Virus record (IMG/VR): IMGVR_UViG_3300032261_000057
Coordinates: 1-29,287 of that record
Strand: one strand, 5' to 3'
Origin: a virus
Taxonomy: Duplodnaviria; Caudoviricetes
Length of the DNA stretch: 29,287 nt
The number at the start of each line of letters is the position of its first letter. Within the stretch, counting starts at the first letter, position 1. Below are positions 1-7,881 of this stretch, piece after piece. The position numbers and the translations under genes are program-made. The notes below the pieces were generated by a model, which was not told the DNA's origin, did not search any database, and saw only the letters and a program-made list of their open reading frames with translations.

Positions 1-192
1 TGCCCATCTTGCGCCAATCGTCGCCTGCCCATCCGGATGCGGAAGCTGTCAGCGTCTTCCAAGCTCTGGGTCTGTGCCGACTGCCATCCGGAGCAGCACG
101 ACTCCGATTGTGCCACCAACAACGAACCTGCGATGCCGAACGGTCTCTGCGACTGTTCTCTCGAACGAAATCCACCTGAGATGACGAAATGA
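1..192 (+). CDS. Partial (5'-truncated) Cys-rich putative zinc-binding protein
   Basis: Frame +1 is open from base 1 to TGA at 190-192: CPSC...WVCADC...HDSDCATNNEPAMPNGLCDCS. Two CxxC pairs plus an HxxxC/CxC cluster. Converges on the late operon; not in the ORF track. Confidence 0.6.
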   Translation, partial: CPSCANRRLPIRMRKLSASSKLWVCADCHPEQHDSDCATNNEPAMPNGLCDCSLERNPPEMTK

Positions 193-262
193 ACCATGGA
201 CCCGACAAATGGAAATCAACCTCAAAAGACGGAAAGCCATAAGCTGTAGAGGATGGGATGGC

Positions 263-613
263 TCAGAAGTTGAGCGGGTCAAATCCGTGGGCCGCGCAAA
301 TCCTCTTAGCCCTACGCCAGAAGTCAGCGTTATGTTCCCCGCCAGTGTCCAGTTTCTTTAGGTGCTGGTGAAGATGGATAATTTCATGGGCTATGGTTTG
401 CAGTAGCGTGGTCGTATGCCCGTGCATTCTCTCGCTGACCCGAATCATCGGAATACCATCGACTACCATGAAATCTGCGAACATAGTGGTGTCTTTCACG
501 ACGCCGAAACCTATATCATCAGCTTCAGGCAATCCCCATCCCCGGAACGGCGTGCTTTGCCTCAGATATTCATACCCAGCAGCCAACAGATCGGGATGGA
601 GCTTCAGCGTCAT
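263..613 (-). CDS. SprT-like zinc metalloprotease
   Basis: HEIIH (HExxH) followed by GEHNADF, the SprT-type third-His motif; ATGA overlap with the upstream gene. Confidence 0.75.
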   Translation of the reverse strand: MTLKLHPDLLAAGYEYLRQSTPFRGWGLPEADDIGFGVVKDTTMFADFMVVDGIPMIRVSERMHGHTTTLLQTIAHEIIHLHQHLKKLDTGGEHNADFWRRAKRICAAHGFDPLNF

Positions 614-870
614 TTGGCAAGCCGCTTTGCCACTAGCTGGGCATACCCTGCTATATCGTGCCAGCTATCGAAGTGGTTTGGATTGCCGTTCAGGATACGG
701 GAAATCTTGGTGGAGATATGGTCTAGGGCTTCCTGCTGATCCGGCCCCAATCGCTCCCAACCCTTGTGGCGGTGTATCACTCTCTTGAGATGCTGGGCCA
801 AGGATGCGTCATCCAGAAAGTCGCCATGCGTCTTGTTGCGTTCCTCAAGCGTGGCGTCGATCTCGCTCAT
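610..870 (-). CDS. Conserved phage protein, DUF6378-like
   Basis: ER.KTHGDF ... KISRIL.GNP.H.DSWHDIAGYA signature. Confidence 0.75.
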   Translation of the reverse strand: MSEIDATLEERNKTHGDFLDDASLAQHLKRVIHRHKGWERLGPDQQEALDHISTKISRILNGNPNHFDSWHDIAGYAQLVAKRLAK

Positions 871-1076
871 GGCCAGCGTCCCTGCATGGCCCTCGATGCC
901 TTCCGGCTTATCTCGTCAAGGATATCATCTATTTCCTCATCCTTGCTGCGGTCGCCCCGGTAGATGTAGAAGCCATGCGGCTTTCCCGTCTCAGGATGAA
1001 AGTCGATCTTGCAATTCCATGCCCTGCCCTTGTGCAGATGGGTGACGATCGTTGCGGGCCAGCGTTCGTTTTTCAT
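867..1076 (-). CDS. Hypothetical protein (69 aa)
   Basis: Coupled by ATGA overlaps at both ends; weak resemblance to small TSCPD-like proteins (GKP..F...S.A.Q). Confidence 0.6.
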   Translation of the reverse strand: MKNERWPATIVTHLHKGRAWNCKIDFHPETGKPHGFYIYRGDRSKDEEIDDILDEISRKASRAMQGRWP

Positions 1077-1285
1077 TTGTTGGCGTCATTCATTCGGATG
1101 GTTGGATCGGGTATCGGGCCGTCGCATTTAAGACCTACACCATAGATTCCTTCCGGCATTGGGCCGTTTAGAGATCCTTTGATTTCTGCAACGTCAGTCT
1201 GACAGCCCTGAAGCGTTGGTTCCGTCTTTACCTGAACCTTCACGCCGTCAGCCGTGAAGAACACAACGAGCAGAAGCCAGATCAT
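1073..1285 (-). CDS. Small exported or membrane-anchored hypothetical protein
   Basis: N-terminal hydrophobic run MIWLLLVVFF, two Cys, ATGA-coupled. Confidence 0.6.
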   Translation of the reverse strand: MIWLLLVVFFTADGVKVQVKTEPTLQGCQTDVAEIKGSLNGPMPEGIYGVGLKCDGPIPDPTIRMNDANK

Positions 1286-2337
1286 GCCGCCCTCTTGCGT
1301 TTGAATTTCAGGAATGCAGCGCCTTCCTCAACGTCTGGTATTACCGTGATAAGGCGCGGATCATCATCAGCGAATTGTGGATCAATGATGGTCACACACG
1401 CCGGGAATGCGTTCTGGTCCGGCAGGCCGCGTTCTTCCGCGTAGCGGTCAAAGGTCTTATAGCCCGCGCAGCGTATCGTCCATGTAAGAAGGCCGCTCGC
1501 AGGATCTTTGAGCGGCCCTCCGACAAACGATACATGCTTGTGGCCGCAAGTAAGGATGTGGTCCCGCCAGCCCCCTTGCGCGGCTTTCATGGGGCCGTGG
1601 GCCGGGTTCCACATGGAATGGCCGGCGAAGTCATGGCGCGCGTTTATGCGAATTTGTTTGACGTTCGGAAATTGCAGATTGAGCCTGCATCCATGGTATT
1701 CGAGGGGATTATTGGACTGTGCCGCTATCCACTTGAGCGGATCGCCAACCCCACTCCAGGCGTCATGGTTTCCCCCGACGAGATATAGCCACTGAACTGC
1801 CTTGACTAGCCATTCGGTCAGAACCCACGCATCGGCGTGGCTTGTTGATTGTTCGCCATAAAGGCGTGCGAGCCTTCCCACCCAATTGTTCTGGAGATCG
1901 CCTAGATTGGCGCCGAATAGGCCCTCCGTCTTGTTGATGATACGAACATGAGATTCCAGAAGCCCAATGTCGGTGCCATCATCGTCCACATGAGGATCGC
2001 CAAAATGGACTATCCCGATAGGCCCGTCTGCCTTGACAGTAATGGGAATGAGCTTGCGCGCAACCTTGGCAGCTCTGGTCCGCTCAAAATCCTTCTTGCG
2101 ACGTTCCAGTAGTTCTTCCGCATCGGGCGATCCATCGGGGAGGCGCGGAATCTCGAAGGGCTTTTCTGCCCGTAACTCTCCCCGTTCAAGTTTAAGCTGG
2201 GCTGCCCTCAGGCGATGGCCGAATGTGCGCCGATCAAGCCCTAGATAGTTAGCCGCCTGGACCTGATTATTGCTGAAGTTCTTATAGACTTCGAGCATGT
2301 GTAATAGAACATCGTCAGGCGTTCCGCGATTTGTCAT
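1282..2337 (-). CDS. Calcineurin-like metallophosphoesterase with N-terminal HTH-like domain
   Basis: Full motif set GDPH, GDLQNN, GNHD, RHD, GHKH; N-terminal NQVQAANYLGLDRRTF resembles a Fis-type HTH. Confidence 0.85.
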   Translation of the reverse strand: MTNRGTPDDVLLHMLEVYKNFSNNQVQAANYLGLDRRTFGHRLRAAQLKLERGELRAEKPFEIPRLPDGSPDAEELLERRKKDFERTRAAKVARKLIPITVKADGPIGIVHFGDPHVDDDGTDIGLLESHVRIINKTEGLFGANLGDLQNNWVGRLARLYGEQSTSHADAWVLTEWLVKAVQWLYLVGGNHDAWSGVGDPLKWIAAQSNNPLEYHGCRLNLQFPNVKQIRINARHDFAGHSMWNPAHGPMKAAQGGWRDHILTCGHKHVSFVGGPLKDPASGLLTWTIRCAGYKTFDRYAEERGLPDQNAFPACVTIIDPQFADDDPRLITVIPDVEEGAAFLKFKRKRAA

Positions 2338-2501
2338 GCAGCTTCACGCAAACGCAACTTTCGTCTCAGGCGGTATATCTTATCGGTTCTGTATTTCATT
2401 CTTGCCCTGCGCTTGGCCTGGCATGACTTACAGCGCACGCGATTGCGAAGAATGCCAGTGATGATCGTTGGGCAATCCTTGCACCATTGCCATTCCCTCA
2501 T
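2334..2501 (-). CDS. Small basic zinc-finger protein (55 aa)
   Basis: CKDC...CKSC plus an Arg/Lys-rich tail; start moved to the ATG at 2501 that overlaps the upstream stop. Confidence 0.55.
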   Translation of the reverse strand: MREWQWCKDCPTIITGILRNRVRCKSCQAKRRARMKYRTDKIYRLRRKLRLREAA

Positions 2502-3043
2502 GGCGTGTTGCCGATTCCCGGTGCGCAAAAATAAAGCGTAAGCGTTTGCCCGTCCGAGTGCTGATCCTGCCAAACCTTGCCACCGTCCGGGGTGTCCGGC
2601 AGAGCGACCCAGACATTGGAAGCCTTGAAGCTAGTGACATGAGTTGCAGTTGAGCCCGTGCAAATGATGTTTCGGCTCAATGTGTCGGTGATCGCCAAAG
2701 TCGCGGCGCTTGTGTAAATGTCATTTGGTGTTTGGCTTGCCGGCTTGAATGTGGCTGGTGTCGGCGCGGACGCTACAGTTGGCGTTGGTGCGGGCGCCGG
2801 AGCGGTTGTTGTGGTGGTCGTCGTTGTCGTTGCAGAAATCTGTGACGCAATATAAGCCGTCACTGCGGCCACAAGGATCGAATTGGCCTGCTGCCTGATC
2901 TGTAGATCAGGAATGCAATTTGGCTCTAGCAATAACGTGATTTGCGCCTTGAGTTCTGCATCAATTATGGCCGCTTCCGATTGCAATTCAGAAAGCACCA
3001 TGAGGGGGGTTACTGTCGTTACCGTTGTTCCTGTTGATGACAT
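2498..3043 (-). CDS. Hypothetical two-domain protein with Thr/Pro/Ala linker
   Basis: Helical N-terminal part, T9-APAPAPTPT linker, beta-rich C-terminal part with two Cys; AAGG RBS upstream. Confidence 0.65.
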   Translation of the reverse strand: MSSTGTTVTTVTPLMVLSELQSEAAIIDAELKAQITLLLEPNCIPDLQIRQQANSILVAAVTAYIASQISATTTTTTTTTAPAPAPTPTVASAPTPATFKPASQTPNDIYTSAATLAITDTLSRNIICTGSTATHVTSFKASNVWVALPDTPDGGKVWQDQHSDGQTLTLYFCAPGIGNTP

Positions 3044-3049
3044 GAAGGC

Positions 3050-3226
3050 TTACCTTTTGTTCAACCACCGTTGAACGGTTCGTGTTTCAAATATTCTTAT
3101 TAGTGTCCAAATTATGGAGAGTACTGCGGCGAGTGGCGGCAATATCGAGGCCAATGTCCCACCCGCAATGAGTAGTGAGAGCATATCTGCGAGGCCCTTC
3201 ACGGAAGAATGATCCTGATGAGTCAT
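3050..3226 (-). CDS. Holin-like membrane protein (58 aa)
   Basis: Long hydrophobic stretch and basic C-terminus (QRWLNKR); ATG overlaps the i-spanin stop (TAATG). Confidence 0.6.
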   Translation of the reverse strand: MTHQDHSSVKGLADMLSLLIAGGTLASILPPLAAVLSIIWTLIRIFETRTVQRWLNKR

Positions 3227-3759
3227 TATGGCCACGCCTTGATTGTAGCCTCTAGATCATTCAGTTGTTGGGCGTTGGCGCGGGCTGCGCCAGCATACTG
3301 CGTGAACCAACCGGCCATCTCGGAAGCGGATACGTCTGAGCAGGAGTCATCAGATTGGCCGGAGGCGAGACTGAGGGAGCCTGCACTATTACCTTCGGCT
3401 GCGGCTCTGAGCAGCCGCTCAAGAGAAACAGGAATGCAGCTAATAGCGTCTGCCTTGGTTGTGACATAGACGGGTATCTCCTTGGTGACTGTAACGGTCT
3501 GGGTGACAATCTGCTGTTGTGCCTTGGCTTCCCGAAGCGCCATGGCGAGGGCAACAGCGTCGCCCTTGGATTGAAGATCCCTGGCGGTTTCGACTGCGGC
3601 GACTTGTGCTTTTGCATCGGACGCAACGAGCCTTTGATATGAGCCCTGATCTATCTCATGGACTATCCAGCCTACGCCGGCACCTGAGAAGATAGCGGCG
3701 AGCAGCGCGGCGACCGCATATCCACCAAAGCCACCGAATAAGCTGGTCAGGAAGCCCAT
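3226..3759 (-). CDS. i-spanin (Rz-like)
   Basis: N-terminal TM segment and Ala-rich coiled periplasmic part; downstream of the endolysin; contains an embedded lipoprotein ORF. Confidence 0.78.
   Translation of the reverse strand: MGFLTSLFGGFGGYAVAALLAAIFSGAGVGWIVHEIDQGSYQRLVASDAKAQVAAVETARDLQSKGDAVALAMALREAKAQQQIVTQTVTVTKEIPVYVTTKADAISCIPVSLERLLRAAAEGNSAGSLSLASGQSDDSCSDVSASEMAGWFTQYAGAARANAQQLNDLEATIKAWP
3261..3467 (-). CDS. o-spanin (Rz1-like lipoprotein), fully embedded in the i-spanin gene
   Basis: MSQPRQTLLAAFLFLLSG-C lipobox, Pro-rich mature part, AAGGAG about 10 nt before the ATG, in a different frame inside Rz. Confidence 0.75.
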   Translation of the reverse strand: MSQPRQTLLAAFLFLLSGCSEPQPKVIVQAPSVSPPANLMTPAQTYPLPRWPVGSRSMLAQPAPTPNN

Positions 3760-3762
3760 AGC

Positions 3763-3879
3763 TCAGAGCAATTTGCCGATGATGAAGGCGATCAGGGCAC
3801 CCGTCCAGAATGCCGGGTCTTTCGAGGAAACTACGATCTTAGCCCATGCGGCCTTCGCAAAATCCATTACAGTTCCCAT
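3763..3879 (-). CDS. 38-aa single-TM protein of the lysis cassette
   Basis: GGAG RBS and ATG at 3879; MGTVMDFAKAAWAKIVV...FWTGALIAFIIGKLL; fills the gap between holin and spanin. Confidence 0.55.
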   Translation of the reverse strand: MGTVMDFAKAAWAKIVVSSKDPAFWTGALIAFIIGKLL

Positions 3880-3880
3880 A

Positions 3881-4093
3881 TCACTTCTCCTGTTTGGTTT
3901 GATCCTTGAGGCGACCGGCCACAACGCCAGCCAGAATAAGAATGCCGACACAGTGCGAGATCCTTTCTCCAAGCCAATCGTGTATTGCCGGGAAAGTGAC
4001 GATTGCGCCCTCCAGGGCAACTCCGATGATGGAGAGTTGGACGGAAAGCCAACGCCAAGAGTCACGCCAATTGGGAACGGGCTTTATATTCAT
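3881..4093 (-). CDS. Putative holin (2 TM, 70 aa)
   Basis: PNWRDSWRWLSVQ motif seen in phage holin-like proteins; two hydrophobic segments and a charged C-terminus; ATGA overlap with the lysozyme stop. Confidence 0.68.
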   Translation of the reverse strand: MNIKPVPNWRDSWRWLSVQLSIIGVALEGAIVTFPAIHDWLGERISHCVGILILAGVVAGRLKDQTKQEK

Positions 4094-4524
4094 CCCATGC
4101 TCCATAACGCGGCCTCGGCGGCACGGCGCCTCACCAAGCCCTGGCTGAGTTGGTGGTTTACAAATACCCATGCCTTGAGATAAGCGGGAACGACCGGATA
4201 ACCGCCCTCATTCAATTTCTTCAGAAGCGTGGAATCCGCGAGCCGTCCGGTGCCCTCGTTGAATGTAAATGACACAAGGGCTGCAAATTGATTGTCTGTG
4301 AGAGGAACCTTGACCAGACTGGAAACGGACAATTCGGTTGCGATCAGATCCTGCTCAAGAAACGCATCGGCCTGTTCCTGCGAGCATGTATCGCCCTCCT
4401 TGACGCCCGCGGTATGGCCGAAACCAATGGTCCATACTCCATTCCCATCCTGATAAGCCTCAAGCTTGCAGCCCTCATATTCCTTGATGAGTGCGAGCCC
4501 GGCTGAATTAATGATCCGGCTCAT
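4090..4524 (-). CDS. Endolysin, GH24 phage lysozyme
   Basis: EG...AYQDGNGVWTIGFGHT (E-x8-D-x5-T triad), NQFAALVSFTFN, GLVRRRAAE; start at the ATG overlapping the upstream stop. Confidence 0.93.
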   Translation of the reverse strand: MSRIINSAGLALIKEYEGCKLEAYQDGNGVWTIGFGHTAGVKEGDTCSQEQADAFLEQDLIATELSVSSLVKVPLTDNQFAALVSFTFNEGTGRLADSTLLKKLNEGGYPVVPAYLKAWVFVNHQLSQGLVRRRAAEAALWSMG

Positions 4525-5684
4525 GAGGTCATGTGCCCCCACACTCTGATATAGGATGCATGTGTGCCGGATGCCGGAGGCGGGTTGCTTGGCTGAACAA
4601 GATAAAGCAATCCCCAGCCGTTGAAGCTTGAAGGAGTTGAATTTAACGCGACGGGCTCATTAGCACCCCCGGTTGACGCCGACCATTCCCCGACATTTGC
4701 GCCAATCTGATCGTTATAGGCTTGCGATCCAAATATCAGGACGCCGCTTAATCCGGTTGTGAAACTGCTTGTTATCGTGCCGGTGCCTGTATTGATGATA
4801 TAGGCGGTCGTAACGCCCAATGGGTTTCCCAGAATGACGAACTGCTGAGACTTAATGAGGCTTTGATTGATATTAAAGCCGCCGATTGCGTTGGTTGTCG
4901 GAATGGACACTTTCCAGATTATTGCCCCGGTCGTGGCATTGAACTTGATCATGTAGCTGACTGGCGAGGTATTCCCGGCCACGAACGCCAGAACATTGCC
5001 GTCTGTCTGATCCAGACAAATTCCCTTATTTGTCGCCGTACTCCATCCCGTGTCGAAATCGGTTGCGGCATGGGTAGCAAGAAGGGATTCGCTAGGTGAT
5101 ATGTTCACGCTTATTTTGAATAGCTTGATGCTGGTGCCACCGGACATGAGATAACCGATACCGGTATTCGGCAGTCCGGCGCAGGCATCAGCGCCGGTAT
5201 TGCTGTAGGCAACCGTCCCGAGGCTCCAGCTCGTCATCGGGTTGGTATCAGTATTTATGCAAGTAAATACTTCTGTTGCCCCCGGCTCGCCGGCGATCAA
5301 AAGCCAGTGCGAGCCATTTGTTGCCGTGATCGGCGCGATTGATCCCAAATCAACCGAAAGCCCGGTGTTGAAATTCTGAATTTCAGCAAATGTGCTGGGG
5401 TTTATCTGCACAATGTTGAGTGTGCCTTGCGCGATATAAACCCCGTTAGCGTCTATTGCTGCCGGAAATTCCGTGGCTGCGGAATAAGTTGTCTGGTTCT
5501 CAAATCCGGTTTCGGCCCCGGTGAGCATATTCATATTTACGAGAAAGTTCCCCGACACGCCGCCCGTGGATGGGCCGGTCTGCCAGTTGGCCATATTCAC
5601 CCAATCGGCAGCGGCTTGGCGCCCGGAGCCGGAATTTTGCGTGTGTGTGCTGATTAGGGCTTGTATCTTGGTCTGGAACGTCAC
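4521..5684 (-). CDS. Putative receptor-binding protein, likely beta-propeller
   Basis: S/T/N/G-rich beta-strand repeats, PQQ-like blade KFNATTGAIIWKV; follows the second head-binding-domain gene. Confidence 0.6.
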   Translation of the reverse strand: MTFQTKIQALISTHTQNSGSGRQAAADWVNMANWQTGPSTGGVSGNFLVNMNMLTGAETGFENQTTYSAATEFPAAIDANGVYIAQGTLNIVQINPSTFAEIQNFNTGLSVDLGSIAPITATNGSHWLLIAGEPGATEVFTCINTDTNPMTSWSLGTVAYSNTGADACAGLPNTGIGYLMSGGTSIKLFKISVNISPSESLLATHAATDFDTGWSTATNKGICLDQTDGNVLAFVAGNTSPVSYMIKFNATTGAIIWKVSIPTTNAIGGFNINQSLIKSQQFVILGNPLGVTTAYIINTGTGTITSSFTTGLSGVLIFGSQAYNDQIGANVGEWSASTGGANEPVALNSTPSSFNGWGLLYLVQPSNPPPASGTHASYIRVWGHMTS

Positions 5685-6328
5685 GGGATGGTCGCAACCA
5701 GACTGAGCGTGACACGGGTGAGAGTGCTAATTGAATTGATATTGAACCTGAGAGCGGTTCCCGCTGCGAGGCTGGTGTTCCAGCCAGTCAGCACACTATC
5801 AATGGAGGATTGTGAAGAAACGAGTACGGGCGGATCAGAGGCCACAATGGAATTGGCGACCGTTGGCGGGGAATTGGCGACGAACGGGGCCGCCCATACG
5901 TCCATTGAAATGCTGCCAGTAAGCGTTGATTGCAGAACCGCGCTGACAATCGTGCAGGCGACCGGAACATAGCTATCTGCACAGATGCCTGTTCCCGGTG
6001 TTGAGCCGTCGCCATCCACCGTGCATTCCGCGACGAGGAAGGATGGGAACGAAACATCGGGTGGTGTTTCGGTATTCTGGTCCCAGATCAGGTTCCCGAG
6101 GGAATCAAAGACTCTCTGTCTGTACTGTCCATTACCCCATATATTGCACTGGCCGCGCGCATCCAGAATGATCGGATTGGTATTGAGGATTGACAGGTTT
6201 ATATCCTGCCATGTGTCTTTCGGAACCAGAGAATTCGGCACATACATATAGACGGAGCCGCCGACGAGCGGGGCGCCGTTCTCATCAATGAACTGGTTCT
6301 GCGCGTTCGGGATGATGCCAATTGCCAT
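5681..6328 (-). CDS. Tail appendage protein 2 with P22-tailspike-like head-binding domain (215 aa)
   Basis: QFIDENGAPLVGGSVY...KDTWQD...NTNPIILDARG; real start is probably the ATG at 6328 (TGATG overlap) rather than 6511. Confidence 0.75.
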   Translation of the reverse strand: MAIGIIPNAQNQFIDENGAPLVGGSVYMYVPNSLVPKDTWQDINLSILNTNPIILDARGQCNIWGNGQYRQRVFDSLGNLIWDQNTETPPDVSFPSFLVAECTVDGDGSTPGTGICADSYVPVACTIVSAVLQSTLTGSISMDVWAAPFVANSPPTVANSIVASDPPVLVSSQSSIDSVLTGWNTSLAAGTALRFNINSISTLTRVTLSLVATIP

Positions 6329-6675
6329 CAGGAGAACTCGAATTGAGTGGTGACTTGATTGGTGGTTATGACCAGACCGCCATTGTCGTGGATGGTGCAG
6401 GCCAAGATTGCCTGCTTGAAATCGCCGTTCCCAACAGTTGCCTTCGTGGTGGTGGTTTGACTTGTCGGAGTTGTGATTGTGATAGTCGGATCGCCATGCA
6501 CAACCGACCATGCATAAGTGAAGGCGGCCGTTCCCCCGATATGCGCAGCGGTGAATGACCCCGAAGTGAGCGAGCCGTTTCCGGTTGTCTCGATCAGTGC
6601 CGGGTGGGCATTGACTTGTAAACCGCCGACTGATTTAGGCCCTGCGTTGAGAAGCGAACAGAGACCTGTAATCAT
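6328..6675 (-). CDS. Small Ig/PKD-like virion protein (possible fibre-tip adhesin)
   Basis: FTYAWSVV.G...ITITTPTSQTTT pattern typical of Ig-like folds; coupled to neighbours at both ends. Confidence 0.55.
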   Translation of the reverse strand: MITGLCSLLNAGPKSVGGLQVNAHPALIETTGNGSLTSGSFTAAHIGGTAAFTYAWSVVHGDPTITITTPTSQTTTTKATVGNGDFKQAILACTIHDNGGLVITTNQVTTQFEFS

Positions 6676-7673
6676 GAGACGTTGAGCAGGGGCGTAATGA
6701 CGATTTCGGTAGAGCTGTGATAATAGTAGGCGAAATAATCTATGCCGCCGACGCCGCTAAGATTGACAGTAGAGATACCGCCCGCGGCCTTGTAATGACT
6801 GCCCCATGTGATGGTGAGACTTGAGCCGGATTGAGCGATGCGGAAAAGACCGGATTGCCCCGGCTGGCCATTGATGGGATTGTTTAAGGTATAATTCGCA
6901 CTGATCCCGGCCGTGAAATAATTGCCCGTCGAGAAGTCGGGAGTGGAAGCATTAGAGGTAACAGTCAGAGTTTTTTCATCGCCGAAGGTTTGGCTCTGAA
7001 ATTCCGCTGTTCCTGACCAAACATTATTGCCGTTCAATAGAGGAACATTTGCGCCGCTTGTTCCGGTGTTGTGGGTTGCTGCCGTTCCAAGACCACTAAC
7101 TGATGCGGGGAAATAGGCGAGGACTTGCCAGTAGCCGGCAGCGTTTATGAACTCGATCAGAGCGGCATCGCCTGGCGCAGTCGTGATATTGGCAGCGCCA
7201 GGAAGGATTAGGGATGTGGCATTATAGGTAAGCGTCAGAGCGCCATTGAACTGGATCAGATAGATCGGATTGGCGAGGCTGGCGCTTGAGCCAAAACTGG
7301 TGATCGCATTGGTTCCAGTAATCAGGGCATTGTTTGTGGCGATGGAGCCGAGGTCAGTTGTGGAAAGCGAAGCAATGCTGGTGAGGGTTCCAAAGGCCGT
7401 CTGGTTGGCCAGGGAGATCGTATTGTCCCAAAGCGTATTCCCGGCTGAATCCTGTACAACCTGACGGTAGCTTCCCGACCCGAAAATGACCCCCTGCCCA
7501 CTGGAATCCAGCATGACCGGGTTGGTATTGAGGATGGTCTGGGCCGGGTCTTGGTAAGTATCCTTTGGGATCAGGGTATTAACCTGATAGAAATAGACTT
7601 GGCCGCCCACTAGAGGCTTGCCGTTCTGGTCTATAAACTGTGCTTTTGCGTTCGGCAGGTTGGAGCCGGTCAT
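6672..7673 (-). CDS. Tail appendage protein 1 with P22-tailspike-like head-binding domain
   Basis: QFIDQNGKPLVGGQVY...KDTYQD...NTNPVMLDSSG N-terminus; fibre-like GLGTAATHNTGTSGANVPLLNG segment; position equivalent to P22 gene 9. Confidence 0.8.
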   Translation of the reverse strand: MTGSNLPNAKAQFIDQNGKPLVGGQVYFYQVNTLIPKDTYQDPAQTILNTNPVMLDSSGQGVIFGSGSYRQVVQDSAGNTLWDNTISLANQTAFGTLTSIASLSTTDLGSIATNNALITGTNAITSFGSSASLANPIYLIQFNGALTLTYNATSLILPGAANITTAPGDAALIEFINAAGYWQVLAYFPASVSGLGTAATHNTGTSGANVPLLNGNNVWSGTAEFQSQTFGDEKTLTVTSNASTPDFSTGNYFTAGISANYTLNNPINGQPGQSGLFRIAQSGSSLTITWGSHYKAAGGISTVNLSGVGGIDYFAYYYHSSTEIVITPLLNVS

Positions 7674-7881
7674 GGAAATGCTTTGGCTTTTCGTGGGGGT
7701 TGTGGTCTGGAAAGCCTTTTCGTGGGGCTTTCAGCGCGGATGGGATGAAGAAGCCGAGAAGCGGCTACCTGTTATTCGGATTGGCGAGGCTACCGATCAG
7801 CAAGTGATTGAGGGTCGCCTGACCGATCCCGGGGCGCTTCGCAGTAAGCAACTGCCGCAAGTTCGGGATCGTTGCGGCTGA
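7672..7881 (+). CDS. Possible antisense small membrane protein (69 aa)
   Basis: GGAG 6 nt before ATG 7672; hydrophobic N-terminus MEMLWLFVGVVVWKAFSWGF; its 3' half overlaps the ejection gene on the other strand. Confidence 0.3.
   Translation: MEMLWLFVGVVVWKAFSWGFQRGWDEEAEKRLPVIRIGEATDQQVIEGRLTDPGALRSKQLPQVRDRCG
7687..7727 (-). repeat. 12-bp direct repeat CCCCACGAAAAG x2 in the tailspike 5' UTR
   Basis: cttttcgtgggg at 7687-7698 and 7716-7727 on +; the upstream copy spans the loop of a GAAAGCC/GGCTTTC stem. Confidence 0.7.

Noticed and set aside
49-282. 77-aa minus strand ORF
   Set aside because: The opposite-strand frame with ordered Cys/His motifs is more protein-like.
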